64,000 bases of DNA from Nymphaea colorata (lineage: Eukaryota): NCBI RefSeq assembly GCF_008831285.2, contig NC_045138.2, positions 13,764,001 to 13,828,000 of the forward strand, in the 5' to 3' direction. The notes beneath the pieces are model-generated. The model was not told where the DNA came from, ran no database searches, and saw nothing but the letters and a program-made list of their open reading frames with translations. This document shows positions 1 through 12,136 of the stretch, piece by piece (positions within the stretch are counted from its first letter, which is position 1; each line of letters opens with the position of its first letter). The position numbers were made by a program, and so were the translations under genes.

Positions 1-500
1 AGTTCGAATTCAGCCTTCGACTTTATACTTTCTTAGAATCATAGAATCGAGGGGAGCTTATGTAATAGTCGATCCCTGTGTTCTACTCCAGCATGATATA
101 TATGAAGGGTTGGCGATAACGTGAAGGGCTTCCAGATTGTCACAAAGTAACTTAGCTCTAGTAATTGGCTGATGAAGATGTAATCAACCACTAACAACTT
201 ATGCTAGATCTCCTTGTAATAAGCATCAACCATAACACTATATTCAACTTTGTGTAAGGATCGTGAGACAGAGTCCTGCTTTTGTTTTTCCTGAGACTAT
301 AACCGATAAAAGATTAATGAGTGTCCCAATTTTAAGCTGCCCAATCAGCTACACATTAGGCTCCGAGAGTCAAATGGATATTTTCTGGCAAAAGAATATG
401 CTTGAACTATGTTATTTTTCAGATAACAAACAACAAGCATGAAATGGAGTGTGCGGGGAATTGTGTTGTGAACAAAATGATAAATTGTTCAATTGTATTA

Positions 501-612
501 GCCCATTGACCTCCCTATGAACAAGCCTGCATGAGGAGGTGAGAATTATTGAGTAGATCACAATCGGAACTTGTAAAAGTTTAGCAGCTTGTCCATAGGG
601 AGGTCAATGGGC
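501..612. mobile_element. Short Tourist/PIF-Harbinger-like MITE (foldback)
   Basis: The terminal inverted repeat GCCCATTGACCTCCCTATG (501-519) pairs perfectly with CATAGGGAGGTCAATGGGC (594-612) and extends imperfectly to about 30 bp. TTA flanks both sides (498-500, 613-615), a typical Tourist target-site duplication. Confidence 0.65.
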
Positions 613-1469
613 TTAGCATTCAAATGCCAAAATTTTCAAGAATATTTATGGTATACTTCTGTCAGGATAAAAAATATACTGTCTTTAAATCGAGTGAGTT
701 CAATGCCAAGTGTTTTAATGGCACCAAATTTGTCATATGGAAGATACTGTAAAGATAATCCTTGAACTTGCTGATATGTTTCACCCAGGCTCCGGCAGTA
801 ATCAAATCATCAATAAACGAACTGCAAAACTTGACGCTGCAGAAATGTGAATAGAGAATAACATAACGCAAACTGCGCAAATCCATATGTCATAAGAGAA
901 TAAGAAGACATGGAGACATAGTTTGAGGATATATAGATACTTTTGTGGCTTGCAAATTAACATCTGTCGTTCTCTCACTCCTATAAACAAATGGAAGCTT
1001 TATGTAAACTTCTTCAAGAATATCACAATGCAAGAATGCACTGCCAACATCCACTTGACGTAGAAGTCGACGATTTTTCGCAGCAAGTTATAGTGGCTAA
1101 TTTTGCAGTTGGGACAAAAGTTTCATGATTAGTGTGTAGATTCAACTTGTACATATCCCTTTGTCGCATACTGTGCCTTGTATATATATCCTAATAGACC
1201 CATTAAATATAGAAGTACCTACTTACTCAAGTGGCCCCATTTGCACTGACCTGACTGGTTAAATGATGGGAGTGGCAAGAGGGTCCCTGTGCATTGTCCA
1301 CAGCGTTTTGCTGACAAAAATTGTGTTCCGCTGCTTGATTATATAAGGTAGGATGTAACTGTCAAAGCCTTTCAGGAGGAAATGCTGACAATGAATATCA
1401 TAAATTATTGAATTATCCGAAGGTCAAGGATTAACGACTTTGTAGAGAATGCTAGCTAATATAATTCTC

Positions 1470-2065
1470 TCTCTATGTCTTCCCGAGAAAGATTGCGGAA
1501 GGGGTATTTATGTTGGGATTAATTTGATTACAAAATACAATCTTTAATCTTTCTCTCCCCTCCCATGTTTTGTAGATAAAGAGAAAAAGTTATTGAGGAA
1601 GGTGTATTTATATTGGCTTTAAATTGTTTACAAAATAAAATCTTTAATCTCTCCTACTCTCTCTCTCTCCCCTTCCATGTTTTATAGAGAAAGAGAGAAA
1701 GAGATTGAGGAAGGTGTATTTATATTAGCATTAATTTGTTTATAAAATACAGTCTTTAATCTCTCTCTCTCTCTCTCCCCTTCCATGTTTTTTAGGGAAA
1801 AAGAGAAAGAGATTGAGGAAGGTGTATTTATATTGGCATTAATTTGTTTAGGAAATACAATCTTTAATCTCTCTCTATCTCCTTCCATGTATTCTAGAGA
1901 AAGAGAGAAAAAATTGAGGAATGTGTATTTATGTTGGCATTAATTTGTTTACAAAATACAATCTTTAATCTCATGTTCTCTAGAGAAAGAGAGAAAGAGA
2001 TTGAGGAAGGAAGGAACTTTTATGTTGGCATTATTAATTTGCTTAGTAAATAGAATCCTTAACAT
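1470..2065. repeat. Degenerate tandem minisatellite, about 6 copies of a ~100-110 bp unit
   Basis: Recurrent core GAGAAAGAGATTGAGGAAGGTGTATTTATATTGGCATTAATTTGTTTACAAAATACAATCTTTAATCTCTCTC...CCTTCCATGT, with an internal (CT)n tract of variable length. Confidence 0.9.
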
Positions 2066-4518
2066 TAAGATCCGGATCAAAATAGAATGTAAAACTGATT
2101 GCGTTATCCTCCCCTTTATTAGATCTTTGGCTGTAAAAGTTGGACATTAATTTCGTCCCTCAGATCTGTGAGTAACCAATTGGGCAAGCAAACTGTGCGC
2201 CTCTTAGGAATGACCCAACGAAACAAAAAAGGGCAAAGTTCACGTTTTACTTTCATTTTCTCTCCTCAGACGTTCAAGCTTGAACGCCTTGTCAAGGTAA
2301 AGGGAGTTAACTCGATAAAACTTTTGGGTGCGTTACAGAAGGCAAGGTGTGCTGGAGTGAAGTTGCATTTACGTTCTCGGATTAAAAGGAAAGGTAAAAA
2401 GAAAGAGAAATTGCAGGAGACTGAGGACGACGTCTCATCTCCATGTGCGCCCGCATTAACTGGTCTCCCCTTCCACCTTGCTATGCATCTATCACAAACT
2501 GCTGCATGCTTTTGGCTGTCGACCGCGATTGAAACGTGCGGGTTGCTCTTCCCATGAACGATGGTTCAGCTCCAACGTAAATTCTGCATTTTAATATCCC
2601 TTTCCTCAACAATCGTGGTCCAGCCCACATGCACGGCGTTTGGTCGGCGGCGAGAGCGAAAGAAGGAGAAGCCAAGCGCCATAGCCAACTTCCCTTCTTT
2701 GGTAGGCCGCCTGGAAGGATTTTGGACAACTTGGTCCCCACCCTTATGCCCACTTATTTTGACATCAATTCACATCAAGGAAGTTGAAATTTTTGTCTAG
2801 GAGTTAAAAAATACATATATGTGTCGGTGTTAAATGGATATCTGCATTCTCAAAGTGGTGACAAAGATTTAATTGTTTGCATATGCAATATGAGTTTAAT
2901 ATGATATGTTTATATGCATGAGCGAAGGAGATGCAGGAGCTTCTGGCGTATAAGCAGGTAGTTTAGCTTGTGAAACGTACACATTTGGTATTTAGGGTTT
3001 TACAATGAGCTCCCAAAGCGCGATATTTTAATGCCATGATGAGACAGAGAATAGAATGCGGCATCATATCAACATAATAGCAATTCTCCACCAGCAATAA
3101 AGTGGCTTTCTTTCGAAATCAGCCAAAATTCCACAACTGTTGGAGCATGAAGCATGATTTGCATATATTATGCTGGGCCGGCCCTTGCCAACCTGCAAAA
3201 TTAATTCTCAAAAGTTTCCTGCAAGGGCCTAAGTTCGATTTGACAATAAATATTACTATTCAGAGACAGGCAAGGATTAATCTGTTCAGGATATGCTTAA
3301 TTTAATCTAAATGGTTTAAGTCGCATTCATTTCCTCACATATATGTATATAGGATCCTTGCATTTCTCGATCCAGGATTGGAAAGAAAAATCTTCCATCC
3401 TCTCCCAGGCTGATCTTCCATCCTCTCGATGCATTGCATATAAGGTCAATGCAATGCATTAAGTGGCTGTAATTGGGTGGAGCTTCAGATGGTTAGGAGA
3501 TTTAGAATATATATATATAAGAAAATTGGTAAAAACCAAACCACTTGAGTAAAAAACAAAATACAAAACCGATTAAAATTAATTAATTAATTTTTTTTTG
3601 TCGTCTAACGTTATGGATATGATCTTAAGAGAAACATATATTAAGTTAGTTGTTTCCTTATGTAAATAATGCTTTTTAACAAGAAAAAGATGAACATCTC
3701 TTATAACATCAAAATTTTAATAGTACAAAGATAAATTGTTTTAATAAAATGACTTAACTAAAGCATGATTTCTATTAAATTAGTGTTTATGAACACACTA
3801 GATAACACAAAACTAAAACGTCAAATAGTATGTTCCACATCAACATTTGCAAATCCAATCTGTAACATTATTCCTTGAAATCCATAGTGGTTGATATGCT
3901 GTAAACAACCAAGAAAGAGAGACACACCGAGAGATGGAAGGACGAAAAGCGAGAATGGGCAAAGACAAAGAGAGGGAAGGACAAATTGGTGGTGTTAGAA
4001 CACTTAGATTTAGATGGATAAGAAACAATCTCAACCTTTTATCTTTTCCCAATTACTAAATAAAGAAAATGACCCCAGTTTTTTTTCTCAACCACGTAAA
4101 GATCATTGTTCAAAACCAACAAAAATTGTAGCAAGAATTTTCCGTGAGGAAGGATGCTGTTCCTTGCTGAAATGGAACAAAGATAATAATGGGGAAAGCA
4201 CAATCTTATATCTCCCTCGTGGGCAATTTTCTTTTTGAGACAGAAGAAGGGAACCCAATAGCAGTCAATGAACAATTTTACGTACAAAGAGGCATCTTCA
4301 CACTTCGCTACCGCCAGATGACATTATTCAGTCATACCCCCACAACAAAGTACGGATGCCCTTCCCATCTGCAAGTCGTATCTTAAATTTCTTTCCCTTT
4401 AACACAATCACAAGAACGCTCTACAGGAAGCATTGATGGAGAATGAATGGAGTAGGATTTCACCATTTTTACAAATATTGATTGACGGCTCCTAAGCGAA
4501 AGACTGCAGGACTGATGA

Positions 4519-6075
4519 TCAATCCTTCTTGTGCGTCGGCTCACGTCCCCACGTCCGCGGCTTGACGATGACGGGCAGGCCGCCGCTGATATTGGCGGTG
4601 AGGCCAGGGGAGAACTTCAACTGCCGGCAGCATGGCTTGGTTTCTATGGTGAAGCGCCAGAGAATTGTCACGGCGACGCTCTTCATCTGCATGAAGGCGA
4701 TTTCCTTTCCCAAACAGACCCTAGAGCCCGCCTGGAAGACGGGGTACTTAAAAGGGTTGTCGGGGACGAACACGCCGTTCTTGAGCCATTTCTCCGGTTG
4801 GAATTTCCGGCAGTCAGGCCCCCATATGGACTCCATCCTCCCCATGGCGTAGGGGTGGTAGGTCACTCGGGTTCCCTTCTTCACGACGGTTCCGTCCGGC
4901 AGCACGTCGTCCTGGGCGGCGTATTTGGAGTCGAATTGCACCGGCGGGTACAGCCTCATGCTCTCGGAAATCGCCGCCTGGAGGTAGTGCAGATCCTTCA
5001 GCTGCTTGTGCTCCAGAGTGATCTCGCTAGCATCAGCGAGCGTTTCTTTGGTAAATTCTCCCAGCGGAGAAGCCACTCTGCATATCTCGTCAAGAATGGA
5101 ATTTTCGACGTGGGGATGGCAGGAAACGAGCCAGAAAAAGGCGGTAAGGGCGGCGGCGACGGTGTCCCGACCGGCGAGGAGGAAGCTGACGACGATGTCG
5201 CGGAGGAGGCGATCATCTTTAGTGGAGCCCATGAACCTGGAAAGGAGGTCTCGGTGCTTGGAAGAGCCGACGGAGGCGCGGCGCCTTCGGATGACCTCCT
5301 CGGCGAGGGCGTGCGTCTTACGGACCGCGTCCCTGAGCTCGCGCTCCGAGCCGACGCGCAGCAACCGCTTGGCCTTCCAGACATAGGGCGTCCAGGTGGT
5401 CGCCCGTCGAGCCGACATCTGCGAAGCCGAGTCGAAGGCGTGGGCGAACTCGCTCAAAGGCAGCGAGAGCTCCAGGCACCGCGGGTCGACGCCGAAGGAG
5501 GCCTTGCAGATGCAGTCGAAGGAGAACCGACGAAGCACGTCTTGAAGGTCTAGCCCGGCGCCCGACCTCTCCGCGGCCTCCATCACCGGCACCAACCGCT
5601 GCCGAATCTCGTCCGACACGAGCCCAAAGACGAAGCCCCGAACGTTGGCGCTGCCCAGCTCGAAGCTGGCCATCTTGCGCTGGGAGCGCCACAGCTCGCC
5701 GTCGACGTTGAAGATGCCTCGGCCGAGCAGGTCGTGGAGGATGGCGGAGAAGGCCTTGCCCTTGGGGTAGTTGTCGAAGCGCGTCACCAGCATGTGCTCC
5801 ACGTTCTTCGGGTTGGCCGTGATGATGTTGCCCAGCAGGTGGTTGTGAATGGTGTGGGTCGGCGACTTCTCCAGCAGCGCCGCGTACCAGTCGGCCAGGT
5901 TGTGGAACTCGCCGTTCCATTGTCCGGTGAGATAGGCGCTGCACACGGGGCAGTCGCAGCACGGCTTCAGCGCGCAGTACAGCAGCACCAGGACGAGCAG
6001 CAGCGCCATCAGTGGTAGAAGCGCCGACGACAGGCTAAAGAGCGAGACAGCACTGCAGCAGCCGGAGGCTTCCAT
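4519..6075 (-). CDS. CYP94C1: Cytochrome P450, CYP94C subfamily (CYP86 clan; fatty-acyl / JA-Ile omega-oxidase family), intronless, 518 aa
   Basis: N-terminal hydrophobic anchor, then CDCPVCSAYLTGQW..FHNLADWY, which matches the CYP94C N-terminus as I recall it. Also TANPKNVEH..NYPKGK, I-helix LLAGRDT, ExxR (ESMR), PEKW (PERF-like) and heme motif FQAGSRVCLG. High GC3; no introns, as usual for CYP94. Confidence 0.93.
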   Translation of the reverse strand: MEASGCCSAVSLFSLSSALLPLMALLLVLVLLYCALKPCCDCPVCSAYLTGQWNGEFHNLADWYAALLEKSPTHTIHNHLLGNIITANPKNVEHMLVTRFDNYPKGKAFSAILHDLLGRGIFNVDGELWRSQRKMASFELGSANVRGFVFGLVSDEIRQRLVPVMEAAERSGAGLDLQDVLRRFSFDCICKASFGVDPRCLELSLPLSEFAHAFDSASQMSARRATTWTPYVWKAKRLLRVGSERELRDAVRKTHALAEEVIRRRRASVGSSKHRDLLSRFMGSTKDDRLLRDIVVSFLLAGRDTVAAALTAFFWLVSCHPHVENSILDEICRVASPLGEFTKETLADASEITLEHKQLKDLHYLQAAISESMRLYPPVQFDSKYAAQDDVLPDGTVVKKGTRVTYHPYAMGRMESIWGPDCRKFQPEKWLKNGVFVPDNPFKYPVFQAGSRVCLGKEIAFMQMKSVAVTILWRFTIETKPCCRQLKFSPGLTANISGGLPVIVKPRTWGREPTHKKD

Positions 6076-6164
6076 CCCTCTTTCTCTGAACCTGCGTTTC
6101 TTGTGGCTCCTCCAATAAACATTTGCTCAAAGGATGTAGGGTGACAAGGGGGGACGGTGGGGCG

Positions 6165-6170
6165 TTTATA
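6165..6170 (-). promoter_or_regulatory. Putative TATA box of the CYP94C gene
   Basis: TATAAA on the minus strand about 90 bp upstream of the ATG at 6075. Confidence 0.55.
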
Positions 6171-6354
6171 AAGAGATTTTTCTTCTATTCGGGAATTGAG
6201 AGGTTTGGCAGCTTAGGGGATGTGGGGTTGCCTTGGAGTTTTAAAGTCTTCCAATCAAGTTCCCTTTTTCTTCTCCTTTTAGATTGTCGCCCACAAGATT
6301 CAGTGGATGTAACTGGCTCGATTGCACGCAATTGGGCCGTCTACTTGGCGATCC

Positions 6355-6366
6355 CAGCACGTGCTG
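6355..6366. promoter_or_regulatory. Extended palindromic G-box (CAGCACGTGCTG)
   Basis: Perfect 12-bp palindrome with a CACGTG core about 280 bp upstream of the CYP94C ATG. A second CACGTG is at 7445-7450. G-boxes bind MYC2-type bHLH factors, which fits the known jasmonate induction of CYP94C1. Confidence 0.5.
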
Positions 6367-6775
6367 TTCGTGCAGGTCTCTTCTTCGTCCTGCGCCGGCC
6401 CCACGATGTCCAGGTCAATGTGAAAACTTAGGCGGGGAGGGGACCCCTTGTCGAGGTGCGTGATCAAATGTATTGTCCTCGCGATCCCTCTGATGGTAAT
6501 TGCCTCTACTCGTTCATCCTTGGAATTTTAAATCCATCCGACCTTTCTTCCTCTCAAGATCTTCCTTCTCTTTTTTTGACCCCTAAGTCTGACATAAAAA
6601 CTTTAATTTAATGAATCATGATTCTTAATGTCGATCTTTTTGGAAGGTGAAAAAGGAAGGTAACCGACCCTCAACTCCTGAATGAACCCCTGTTAAAAGC
6701 GGGCAGTTAAATATTGGAAAAACCCCCCAAAGGATTGTGGGATCTAACGTATGTATCTCTCCGCCTGGGACGGTG

Positions 6776-6850
6776 CAGAAGAAGGCGGATCCGACGGCGT
6801 ATCGGCCGGCGGGAGGAAGCTGACGACGATCGTCCGTCGTGCGAGGAGAG
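6776..6850 (-). pseudogene. Short degenerate copy of the CYP94 I-helix coding segment
   Basis: 6793-6830 aligns to 5158-5196 at 34/39 with one gap, including a 19-nt exact match GGAGGAAGCTGACGACGAT (6812-6830 = 5178-5196). The flanking CAGAAGAAGGCGG resembles CAGAAAAAGGCGG at 5132. Confidence 0.65.
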
Positions 6851-9800
6851 AACCCGTTTTGGTACTTTCCGAACGCCCGCGCCGTTGCTGCGAGTCGCCC
6901 TCATCTGTTTGTTTTTTTTATTTGCTTCTTTGTCTGTCTGATCTTTGAGATATTTGAAGAGTCGTCTTCCCGACGGCAGTTTGTGAGGTTTTATTAGTTA
7001 AGAGTGTCCAGAGGTCGCCTCTTGAAACAGAGGCACGATTTTGTAACAAGGGAGGGATCTCCATTCGTTCGTCGGCTCAAAAACAATCAAAGCACTTGCT
7101 TTAGCAAGATCGCTCACTTGGAAACGAGAGCCCCTGATTTAGAATCACATCTTTCTTCCCCTCCCTGGCCGACTCATAAATAAAAATTTGCTTTGACTCG
7201 TTCTCGGACGCAGATTTTCCAACATATTTGCCGCTCTCTTAAATCTTTACAATGTCAATTTAAAAGAGAAGGGAGATCGAAGGTGGCTTGTTGTCAACCG
7301 CATATACTTAAACTATATTTTACATAGCTTTTATTTGACATTACAGGCCCCTTGGGCGGGTCCTACTAGCTCTCAACTTCTCGGTCATTGCTTTAGCCTA
7401 GACTTGTATGCATGACGAGACTTCTCCTTCCCGTTTTCTCCATTCACGTGCTCGAATGACTAAGTCCTGCTGCCGTATGCTCTGTGGGGAGAAAAGATAT
7501 ATATATATATATAAACTATTATGAAGGGCACAGAAATATATAGTAACGCAGTACAAATAATACATTGGCTAATAAAAAAAAAAAAAGCAAGTCATGAATA
7601 CATGTTTAGTGATAATAATTAACTATGTGTCCTTGTGCCCACATGGGCAATAAGTGCTACACTGCAAACATATATCTTTTATGACGTTATGATGACAAGT
7701 GAAAAGAATAACTGTGATATTTGAATAATTCAAAACGCCATTAGATGTAGAAACCGGTGATATCAGCATCGCTCCGTCGTAGCATGTCGGGCCGCCTATA
7801 TCTAACTTTCATATTTTAAAACCAATTTGCTATTTCTTAAGTGAATTTACGTACGTCAATAACCATAACTAATTGCTAGTGAACGAAGAGGACAGCGGAC
7901 GTAACGCAGGGGGGAGAGAAAGTTCATGGTTTTCGAAAAATATATTATAGAACAGAAACAAGAGAACTCAACAAGGAAGCAGCCAAGCAAGGGAATTAAG
8001 TTAAATGGGAAGCCATGTGGCTTCCGGGAAAAGGCAGCCAGCCATTTTGCAGAATCACGCTGATGCAGGGAAGGGTGTGAGTGAGGCCCCATTTCCTTTC
8101 TAGGCGCCGCTCATGGCATGCAGATGCAGCCACCTTGCCTCGTAGAAACTTCTGCCTGGATAGCCTTCAATTGCGTCATTTGATCGGAAGCCCGTTGAAG
8201 CTTCCATCTGGATGGCCTTGAATGATTACATTATCTGGTTGAACTTTGTGGCGGATGATGCTCAACGAGTCCCCTCTTCTTCTGGAATTCATCCGAATTG
8301 TCTCCAATCACAGGACTCCTCGTTGCAGATATGTGCATACGATAGATGACAAAAGTGCACAGCGACGGCGAGAATGTCTTAAACTGCAAGCAGAAAAAGT
8401 TAAGGAAGAAGACTGGACCGATTAATAAAGGGAGAATTGTGAGCAGAAGCAGGTCCAGAAGTCATTATCACAAGAGTGCCGGTCAAGACGGAAGTCAGAG
8501 ACTTCTTGTTTGGTCAGGAGGAGGATCTAAGATTTTCAATACATTCACATACATATAATGTCGTCAACTTATTTTCAGCTTTTACTACCTTTCCAGCCAC
8601 AAATATATTATGGAACATGTAATTCTTCAGAATTAGTTGACACAGTTAACGTTGCTTTTTTGGGGATAGAGAATAGTCATGAAAAAGGTGGGAGATGCTA
8701 GAATAGCTTTGGTTCAGGATTTAATACTCCCGCAAACAGCCACCATATGGGTTAATTGGTGGCTCCTAATAACCCAATGTTTCAGATAATTTTAACAACT
8801 CTAGCTATTTCTTTCGTCCATATGCTCCTCATACAAAGATATTTAGATATATATAAATTAACCGTTAACTTAGGTACCATGCCTCGTGACTATTGAGGTG
8901 AAGCCATAATCCATCGAATTAGAAACATGCAACAATATGCCTCTAATCTAATCTGACCAGCTATGCTATTTCACAGGAAGCTCATACTTCAAACTATTTA
9001 GTATATTAATATTGTGATATCGCTAGTGAAAAGCAATCAAGGCCAAGATTGGGTATTTTTAAAATCTTTCCTTTAATCTCGTTAGTAATACATTAATTTG
9101 TAAAAACTCCACCAAAGTCTGGATTCAGGCTAGGTAACCAACTCTTAATTTGTTCCCGGTCACAAACTTGGACCAAACGTTTTGTCAATGTCTAGTCTAA
9201 GGAAAATTGTACCCGATCTGCCAAATTCGAATCCAACATGTAGAGAACCAATTCAAGAGCACAACGCATGATCACGTTTCCTTATAGGTTCTTAACTTAT
9301 TTTAAATGGTTGCATTTATTTCTTTTGACTTTTATATTGTTAATTACTAAAGAAAGCGTAAAATATTCAATGACCAATTTGATTCAAATCTCCTGAACTT
9401 TAAAACCGTTTCTATTTGGACGCCAACTTCAAAAGCTTTGATCCCGTGACAGCACATTAATTTAGTCTAATATTGAGACTGCATTAACTTACAAATCCAA
9501 ACGAATTCGGACTCTTGTGGCTGAAGCAGTACTTGACGGTGGCAATTTCATCCTTAGATGCCAAATTTATGCATATATTTTGATGGTGGTTTCGCTACCT
9601 ACGCAGTACGTCGAACTGGATCTGCTTCCAATTCGATCGAACTGATTCTCAATGTATATCTTGCTCTCCTTCATCTAAGAGACCAAGGGATTGGTGGCGA
9701 TGAAAGAACAAACATCTTTTACCGTCTTTACTCTGGTCCAGTCTCGCTCTAGCTATCTTACAAAATAAAAGAGTTCAAATCTTCATCAGAAATCAAAGAT

Positions 9801-11200
9801 TTAAAAGTAACCTCAATACCTGAGGTCCCAAAATACTTTGTAATAGATTGCTTGATTTCGCGCTTCGAATTAATTGCGGGGCTGTTTTTCCAGAGCTCGG
9901 CAATCGATGCGACGGTTTAGATTGCTTGATTTCGGGACCATATCGATTTCGATGAATGTGGAGGGCTATTGGATTTGGATTTTAAATGTATTTCAAACGG
10001 TGATCAAGAGTTTATGGATTTAGACAGAGAAAAGATCCATTGTTCGGTCGGTCTGGAAAGAAGTGGGTCAGAGTCCCAGCACCTGGTGAAACCCCAACCT
10101 GCACAAGGCTGGGATGGTCATATTCATATACTTGTCTCCTGCAGTGAACGATCACCTAACATCCGGACCCATGGATCTTCCGCCGGTAGGTGGTGCGCGC
10201 TTGACGAGCAAACATACCACGTGAGTTCGGCGGCCTCGGCATGCACGATGTTTCCCCCGCCTGAGGACAAGGGCTACTTTTTAACTCTTTCTTATGAACG
10301 TTTTCATCATTTCGACAACACAAACATGAGCTTTGAACTGCCACTTTATGTAAAAACCGTTCAACATCTCAGATATATTATTCACTTGTTTGGTTATTGT
10401 AACTTGGCCGCTCACATGATTAACTTCACATCCGTTCATTTCCACTGTGTCAATGGGACACAGATCCTATGCCATCAACTTTTGTTACGAGTTTATTTCT
10501 CATTGAGGACCTCAGGAGTTGAGTATGGAGAAGGAGTCCTCACCTCTAGATGGGTGTTCCCAATAACGAGTGGGAACTACAGCATTGTTTAGTTTCTTTC
10601 GTTTGTGACAGAAGGAAACAACACCTCGACTTGAATGCCAGACTTAAATGGCAGACCTTATGTGTAAGTCGCGGGTACATGTTGGCAAATGGAGAGGGAT
10701 CGAGCTAGCTGGGAAGAGAAGCAGTGGATTATTGAGGGAGAGGTGGACCATGCATTGCTCTATACACACGTACGCAGGTAAGTCGGCAGGAGGTGACCGA
10801 CGTCCCTTTCCCGTTCACGGCCGATTCAATGGTGCGGCCGGAAATCCAGCCTGTAGACGTAGATCTTGCCGTTGGATGATATATACACGAAAATGGAGTA
10901 CCACGGCACGGCTGGTACATAGCATGAAGGCAACAGCCCATGTCGAGATGGAGTGCGCGTGCCCGTTAGCCAACATACTCCACAGAAAAAGAAAACCATT
11001 TTAATAATTATTTAAAAAACAATATTCTTTTTCAATCTTTTTGTTTTTTCGATTTTTTATTCTCACAAAAAAATTATTTTGTATTAATCAGGGGTATTTT
11101 CGTCATTAGTCATATTAGCCACACCAATGCACATTACCCAGCTTCGTTCCAGCCGTCAGCATTAGAGGGCTCCACTTCTTTTGTTTTTCAATTTTGATTG

Positions 11201-11201
<1 letters not shown>

Positions 11202-11292
<91 letters not shown>
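11202..11292. repeat. Compound microsatellite (TA)n(GA)n
   Basis: Read directly from the sequence. Confidence 0.95.
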
Positions 11293-11296
<4 letters not shown>

Positions 11297-12100
11297 TCTT
11301 ACTTTAAATCATTAATTTTGACAAACTGGGACTACTGTGTACGTGTTCTTCTTTTTGGCATGCTTAATGCCGAACATGCGAATAAACTTGGGAAACTTAG
11401 GAACAACTTGAATAATGTGAAATTAATCATATTATTGGTTCGTACTTGAGGTACCCAAATGACAACTAATCATATTTTTCGAACCATGTCAAACAAACTT
11501 CCTTGGTGGTTTTTTTTTTTGGAAAAAATTGTCGGAAATGGTTTATCCATTAATGCACACGTTTAACCTGGTTTAAATAACATGTACCTCCTGATGCAAC
11601 AGCATTTAGTGGGTCCTGAACTTTGAGAAAGATGCAGTTTCTTTGGTAATTTATCAGATTTCAGAAGGCACGCTCAAGGTAAGGGAAACGTTATCTTGAC
11701 CTCTTAGAGCGCGTGGCAAAAAACAGTATAAGATTGTTTTTCATGAGATTCCTGGCACTACACTGAAAATATATTGATAATCATGGAAAATATTCTTGCT
11801 CCAACATGCCAAAATGTAGTTTCTTTTTTTAAAGATACACATCTTTCAGCTCTTAGAAGCCGCAAAAGGCGCTCACATGTCAGTATGTCCTCTTTGCTCA
11901 TGACAAGAGGATGGCTTCTTTGCACCTTCTACAGACAGTTGTTTGCCGCGTCTTTTTCTTAATAGTTGGCTTCAATGGCAGACCAAGTTTATGGATGGTA
12001 GAGCACTTATAAAAGTCTCTTTGTTGCTATTCAAACTTGTAATACTTAGTGCTGCTAATTCCAAGATGCGGATTATTCATGCAATTAGAATTTATGCTAC

Positions 12101-12136
<36 letters not shown>

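Noticed and set aside
4531..5553. 340-aa plus-strand ORF and other long ORFs overlapping the P450
   Set aside because: Antisense or alternate-frame shadows of a high-GC3 coding sequence; no recognisable domains.
9969..10592. 207-aa plus-strand ORF
   Set aside because: Non-ATG start, no motif and no coding-like composition. The region looks like degenerate repeat DNA.
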